64,000 bases of DNA, taken from Eledone cirrhosa. Lineage: Eukaryota. This document shows, one piece after another, positions 58,884 to 64,000 of the stretch. The notes under the pieces are model-generated. The model was not told the origin of the DNA and did not search any database. It worked only from the letters and a program-made list of their open reading frames with translations. Every line of letters begins with the position of its first letter. Within the stretch, counting starts at the first letter, position 1. The position numbers and the translations under genes were made by a program. The stretch lies in contig OZ024743.1 of the NCBI GenBank assembly GCA_964016885.1, positions 13,826,001-13,890,000 on the forward strand. Reading direction: 5' to 3'.

Positions 58884-59742
58884 GTTATTACTCTTTGAGT
58901 CTCAGTCATTGATGTTAGTTAAATGGAAAGTTTGTTGAGATGAATATCAAGCTACTACCTGCAGCCTCAGATATTCAGGACGTATCGGAGGGTTCTTGCT
59001 GTTCCCAGCAAGCATGCCTTTTGAAGCGTTCCAAAAAGCGTGAAGGGGCCAATTTTCTTTAACCATCACTGGAAACTTTTTGAGATAGTCCCTAGTGCAC
59101 CTATGACAATCGGGATAACTTTGACTTCATGGCAGTTCCAAATCCTTTTTACCTCCCACTTTAAGTCCTGGTATCGGTTAATTATCTCCCTCTTCTTCTC
59201 CTGCACTCTCGTGTCGAATGGGCAGGCCACATCCACAATCAGGCACGATCTTTTTTCTTTGTCCAAAACCACCAGGTCAGGTCTATTGTGTTCCAGTTTC
59301 TTGTCCGTCTGTATCCTAAAATCCAACAGCACCTTCATCTGATCGTTTTCTATCACCGACCCTGGCTTATGCTCATACCACTTCTCAGAATGTGGTAAAT
59401 TGTTTACTTTGCATAGGTGCCAGTGGATCACCCTGCCCATCACATCATGTCTCCAGCCCTTATAGTGAGTCTGGGCTAGGTGTTTACACTCGGATACAAT
59501 GTGAGCCACAGTCTCCTCTCTCTCTCCACAGATCCTGCACAGTGGGTTAGCCTCCTCCTTGTAAATGTGGTGTTTCAACCACTTCGTTTTGAGGGCCTGC
59601 TCCTGCGCAGCCATTAACATTCGTTCTGTAGCCTTTTTAAGGTCTCCTCTTTTCAACCAGTTCCATGTCTGTGGATTTCTAAATTCAGTTTTCTCAAAGA
59701 AGGGATTTTTCTATGAAGGGATTTTTCCTGACGGCTGCTCTT
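58823..59742 (-). mobile_element. R4/Dong-like family 2 copy c (older, premature stop at ~59066)
   Basis: More diverged 3' fragment with (TAA)n tail at 58823-58890. Confidence 0.9.
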
Positions 59743-60170
59743 TCTTCTTCTTCTTCTTCTTCTTCTTCTTCTTCTTCTTCTTCTTCTTCTTCTTCTTCTT
59801 CTTCTTCTTCTTCTTCTTCTTCTTCTTCTTCTTCTTGTGAAGACCGCAGGAGAAGAGTCCAATACGTTCCTTCCGGCGCGTCCTTTCAGAGACTAGCTGA
59901 GCTCATAGATGTTATCAAAGCATCTTGTTCGGAGTCTATACCTGGATCTATAACGGTCGGTTTTGCCCGTAAAATGTGTCCAGCAATTCCTTTCTGAGGC
60001 AATCTAATGACATGCCCCTTATATCGGAGCTGTGATCTCTCAATTCTGTGAAATAGCCATATTTAGAAGGGCAAACCCTCTTAACTACGAGCTAAGCACT
60101 CAGTCGAGTAACGTTACTCCAAGGGCGTCTCAGAGGAATGTCATTTCGACCTCTTGTATTCACAATCGAA
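59743..60170 (-). mobile_element. RTE-clade LINE 3' relic with (GAA)n tail
   Basis: Minus strand encodes QLRYKGHVIR and GKTDRYRSRYRLRTRCFDNI-like C-terminal motifs. (CTT)n at 59743-59835 on the + strand. Confidence 0.6.
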
Positions 60171-60250
60171 GAAGAAGCGCAGCCGTGTCACACACTGCAT
60201 CAAATCTATAAATTGCATGCCGCACATCACCCTCTGACGAGTAAAATAGT

Positions 60251-60395
60251 TGTTTCTACTTTTGGCACAAGGCCAGCAATAACCCAGTACATTACTGGTA
60301 CGTTATTTTATCGACCCCGTAAAGAAGAACAGGCAAAGTTAACCTCGGCGAGATTTGAACTGAGAATGGAAAGGGCCGTAACTCTATGCGTCAAA
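60251..60395 (-). mobile_element. SINE (partial)
   Basis: Same family as 63091-63275. Confidence 0.8.
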
Positions 60396-61032
60396 GTATA
60401 CAGGTCACCTCTCCATTTTTCCTATTTTCACGAACATGGTATTATTAACTCGTTTGGATATTCCAGCCGACTGATTCTACACTTGCCAATCGTGACACCA
60501 CTTCCCTCCCGGATGAGTTTGACCATCCTGTTGGAGAAAAAATATACAGGATTGGTGACTGTATGCTCCCTTGTTGGACTTCGACTCCCACATTAAATTC
60601 GATTTAGTATCATTTATCCGAACACAAATACCATATATACATCTTGTATCGATCATTTGCGTCATTTTTTTTCTTTATTAGAATGAAACTTTGCATACTT
60701 GCACATAAGATATTCACATATTATGAGTGCAAACGTGTATAAATTATGGATAATGGTGTACAAACGTCATCAAACCTCACGACATTTTGAGAATATCTCA
60801 TTTAACATTCTTTCAGACACCATGTAAATCAATATTATATGTTGCTAAGTTATAAAGCAACATTGTATAAAGTAATGTTAAAGCACTCATTATTTTTTCG
60901 CAACCATTTCCATATGAGGGTTTGTGTAACCGTAAATATATAACTCTCTAATACTCTATAGACATATATCTATATATTTTAATTTTTACGATAAATACAA
61001 AGTGTATGCGAATAGTAGAAAGGTATAATATG

Positions 61033-61215
61033 CGGCGAATTGGCAGTATCGGTAGAGCGTCAGACACCATGCTTTACAGCATAGAGTTATGGCCCTTCAC
61101 GTCCTGAGTTAAAATCCCGCCGAGGTTAACTTTGCCTTTCATCATTACGGGGTCGATAAAGTAAAGTACCAGTAATAATCTCGGATAATTGCTGGCCTTG
61201 TTCCAAAAGTAGAAA
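61033..61215 (+). mobile_element. SINE (full length)
   Basis: GGCGAATTGGCAGTATCGGTAGAG...GAGTTAAAATCCCGCCGAGG...GGGGTCGATAAA...GCTGGCCTTGT. Confidence 0.85.
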
Positions 61216-63077
61216 AAATTAATTTCAATACGAACCAAGCAATATATCAATTTAAATGCTGCTGAGATATAATATATCATTTTAGATATAAGAACTGTAA
61301 TATATCAATCAGGCGTATGAAAGTCATATACGGGTAAATATCTATTCTTTACATTATGTTTTGTATTTTAATTACTGTGACACTATAATATGTAGGTATT
61401 CAACACCAACTTGCTAATAGTAGTCGGATGGAGAATATATATAATAGCAACCAAGTCCTTCCTCATAGGCCAATGTTGATGCAAATAACACATCTACAAA
61501 TACAAATTAAGTCGTGTTCTTGATGTTAACGTGATATCTTATATAATAAGAAAAAATATTATAATCCATTATATGCAGCTAATGATAAACATGCAATAAA
61601 TCACATTATGTAATAGACACCAATGTCCCCTTGAAGGGTCAGCCAGTGCCGTTAACTATAAGATGATGACAAAACAAATACTGATGCGTCGCAACAGAAT
61701 ACAACTGCAAAAGAAATATATTGAGTTATCCTCGAAACAGGGACAGGTTAACAATACTGGCAAAACAGTGAATGTCGCTAATACCACTGAAAGCTAAGAA
61801 TGAAGTCTAACACTGAAAAAACGGGATTAAATTAACTACTTGAGTTATTAAACGCTAGAAATGTAATAGCGTTATATTAAAAACTAAAATGGAAGAAATC
61901 ACGTTACAGACAAGAAATACAATGGAAAACGATAAATAAATAATAATAATACATTGACTATCCATGAAAGCAATAAAACACCTTAAATGCAAGAAATGTC
62001 TTCAATGACTATAATTTCAGTTCAACAGATTACGAACTGGTAAGAAGAAATACAATAAATGTTAATACCACAGAATATTACAAATGAAATATAGCTCATT
62101 AAATGCGAGGCATAAAAAGGGAAATGTATTAAAATGGAAGAAATTACGTTGAATAAGCAATAGATCACGCTATTAGAACTACAAATATAATGTTAAATAA
62201 CCTCAAGGTGCAATAGCGCTTATGGAATTATAGAAATGCAATATACAATATTAAATACTAGAATAGTTTATTGAATATTAGAAACAGAAGAATTTAAGGA
62301 AGTCTTGTTGAATTGTAGAAAGAAAGGCTAGCTCTGTAATTAGCAGGTATGTTAATAATTGAGATTAAACTGAGACCGTGAATCAATACAATAATGTCAT
62401 TGAATAAAACATTAAATTATAGGAATGCATTGAACCACGTTAAATACTGAAATTATACTAAGGCAACATGAAATATTAAAATGGGTGAATTAACAAAAGC
62501 ACTAACAAGTTCATAATAGAAGTGTATGAGAAAGTATTTAGGCGCTGTTTATGTTATATAAAGTCTCGTTAAGAATATTTAAAACTGTGATCATATCACA
62601 GCTATCTCCGTTGCCTATAAGAATACTAGGCAGCTGTTCTGGATATTTATAATTTATCTGTGACAGACATTTACCCGCTACTGAGAGAAGTGTTGTTTGC
62701 AAATGAACCGCTTAGTGGGGAGGCTCATTTGCATATTGAATTAAACACCATCGGTTGGGTATGCATATAGTGCACCTTGAATGGATACGTTTAATTAGCT
62801 GTAACACTAACATAGCAAGGTTCATAACAGAGGTGGATATGAAAGCATACAGGATATATTTATGTATAATATATATAGTTATGAACGTTTTAAGCTGTGA
62901 ACAGATATGTCAGTAGCCGGAGAAAATGGTACAATATAGTTTATAGATTGTTATCCTTCATCTGTGACATTCACACCTCACAGGTAATTAGGCGAGAATT
63001 GATACGGCTAAATTTACTACGTTAATAGAAATTAACAATGAATAATATGTATAATATTTTAATGACTGAAATTATGT

Positions 63078-63292
63078 TTCCCACATAATTGTTTCTACTT
63101 TTGGCACAAGGCCAGCAATTACCCAGTGCATTACTGGTACTTTATTTTATCGACCCCGTAAGGATGAAAGGCAAAGTAAACCTCGGCGGGATTTGAACTC
63201 AGAATAGCAAGGTCCGTAACTCTATGCGTCAAAGCATGGCGTCCGACCCTCTACCGATACTGCCAATCCACCGCCCTATGTTTCCCACATAA
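63078..63292 (-). mobile_element. SINE (full length) with apparent target-site duplication
   Basis: Element 63091-63275 is flanked by TATGTTTCCCACATAAT at ~63073-63089 and ~63277-63293. Confidence 0.88.
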
Positions 63293-63673
63293 TATGCTTA
63301 GAACGGAATTAGTGTGTTTGAATTGTGGATATATTAAACGTTAGATGATATGTAATAATAATGAAATATAAATGTTTTTTATTTATAAGGAACACAATCG
63401 TTGGCGATATAGCGTAACATTTCAAATATTACAAGTTAGTTTTGTGTTTGAAATATATACTCCGTTATGAGACTACTGACGGCTATGCTGATACTGGTTA
63501 TGTAATAAAACTTAGATATCAGTGAGTTTTGTGCCTTGGTGCATATGTTTCTGACACTCATTTCTCAATAAGTGGGTGCAACAAATACTTGAGAGGTATC
63601 AAGTTGTGTTATAAACCCTCATCGTGTACCTGTGCCATAATTGCAGGATTTGAATTCCAGGAATATAATAATT

Positions 63674-63790
63674 GTTTCTACCTTTGGCACAAGGCCAGCA
63701 AATACCCAGTACATTAGTGGTACTTTATTTTATCAACCCTGTAAGGATGAAGTACAAAGTTAACCTCGGTGGGATTTGAACTCAGATCAT
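63674..63790 (-). mobile_element. SINE (5'-truncated)
   Basis: Same family as 63091-63275. Confidence 0.8.
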
Positions 63791-63825
63791 AAATTCATTA
63801 TTATATTCTAGGAATATAATAATAG

Positions 63826-63927
63826 TTTCTACTTTTGGCACAAGGCCATCAATTACCGCAGTGCATCACTGGTACTTTATTTTATCGACCCCGTTAAGGA
63901 TGAAAGGCAAAGTTAAACTCGGCGGGA
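63826..63927 (-). mobile_element. SINE (5'-truncated, tandem with the previous copy)
   Basis: Same family. Preceded by the same AGGAATATAATAAT leader as the previous copy. Confidence 0.8.
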
Positions 63928-64000
63928 TGAATGTATGCGAAATCCTAGATGTAAAATTGATTACATTTTAATAATCGACATGTGTTGTTAAAGAAAACCT

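Overview
Eukaryotic, AT-rich, microsatellite-saturated intergenic or intronic DNA. The tRNA/CORE-type SINE resembles those of octopod cephalopods (recognised from memory, not searched). No host gene can be supported; almost all informative sequence is retroelement-derived. (1) Two families of RLE-type non-LTR retrotransposons (R4/Dong-like, (TAA)n-associated): a tandem pair at 0.5-9.6 kb and a stack of three 5'-truncated copies at 55.5-59.7 kb. (2) Penelope-like elements (PLEs) of the Naiad type: one intact ~811-aa RT+GIY-YIG ORF at 39.9-42.4 kb and three decayed copies. (3) About a dozen well-formed type I hammerhead ribozymes (HHRs) from at least six sequence families, plus degenerate ones. 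(4) Many short fold-back (palindrome + unique tail) insertions in (TA)n tracts. (5) SINEs and L1/Tx1 and RTE relics. The main observation is a shared insertion rule across roughly ten otherwise dissimilar families. One arm ends at or next to a TA a few nt 5' of an (A/G)CTC...(TT)GAG(T/C) hairpin, fold-back points often fall in ribozyme stem-loops, and several non-coding members are circularly permuted 537-623 bp monomers. This suggests a PLE-driven system of non-autonomous, retrozyme-like RNAs with a common cis signal. All RNA structures were paired by eye.
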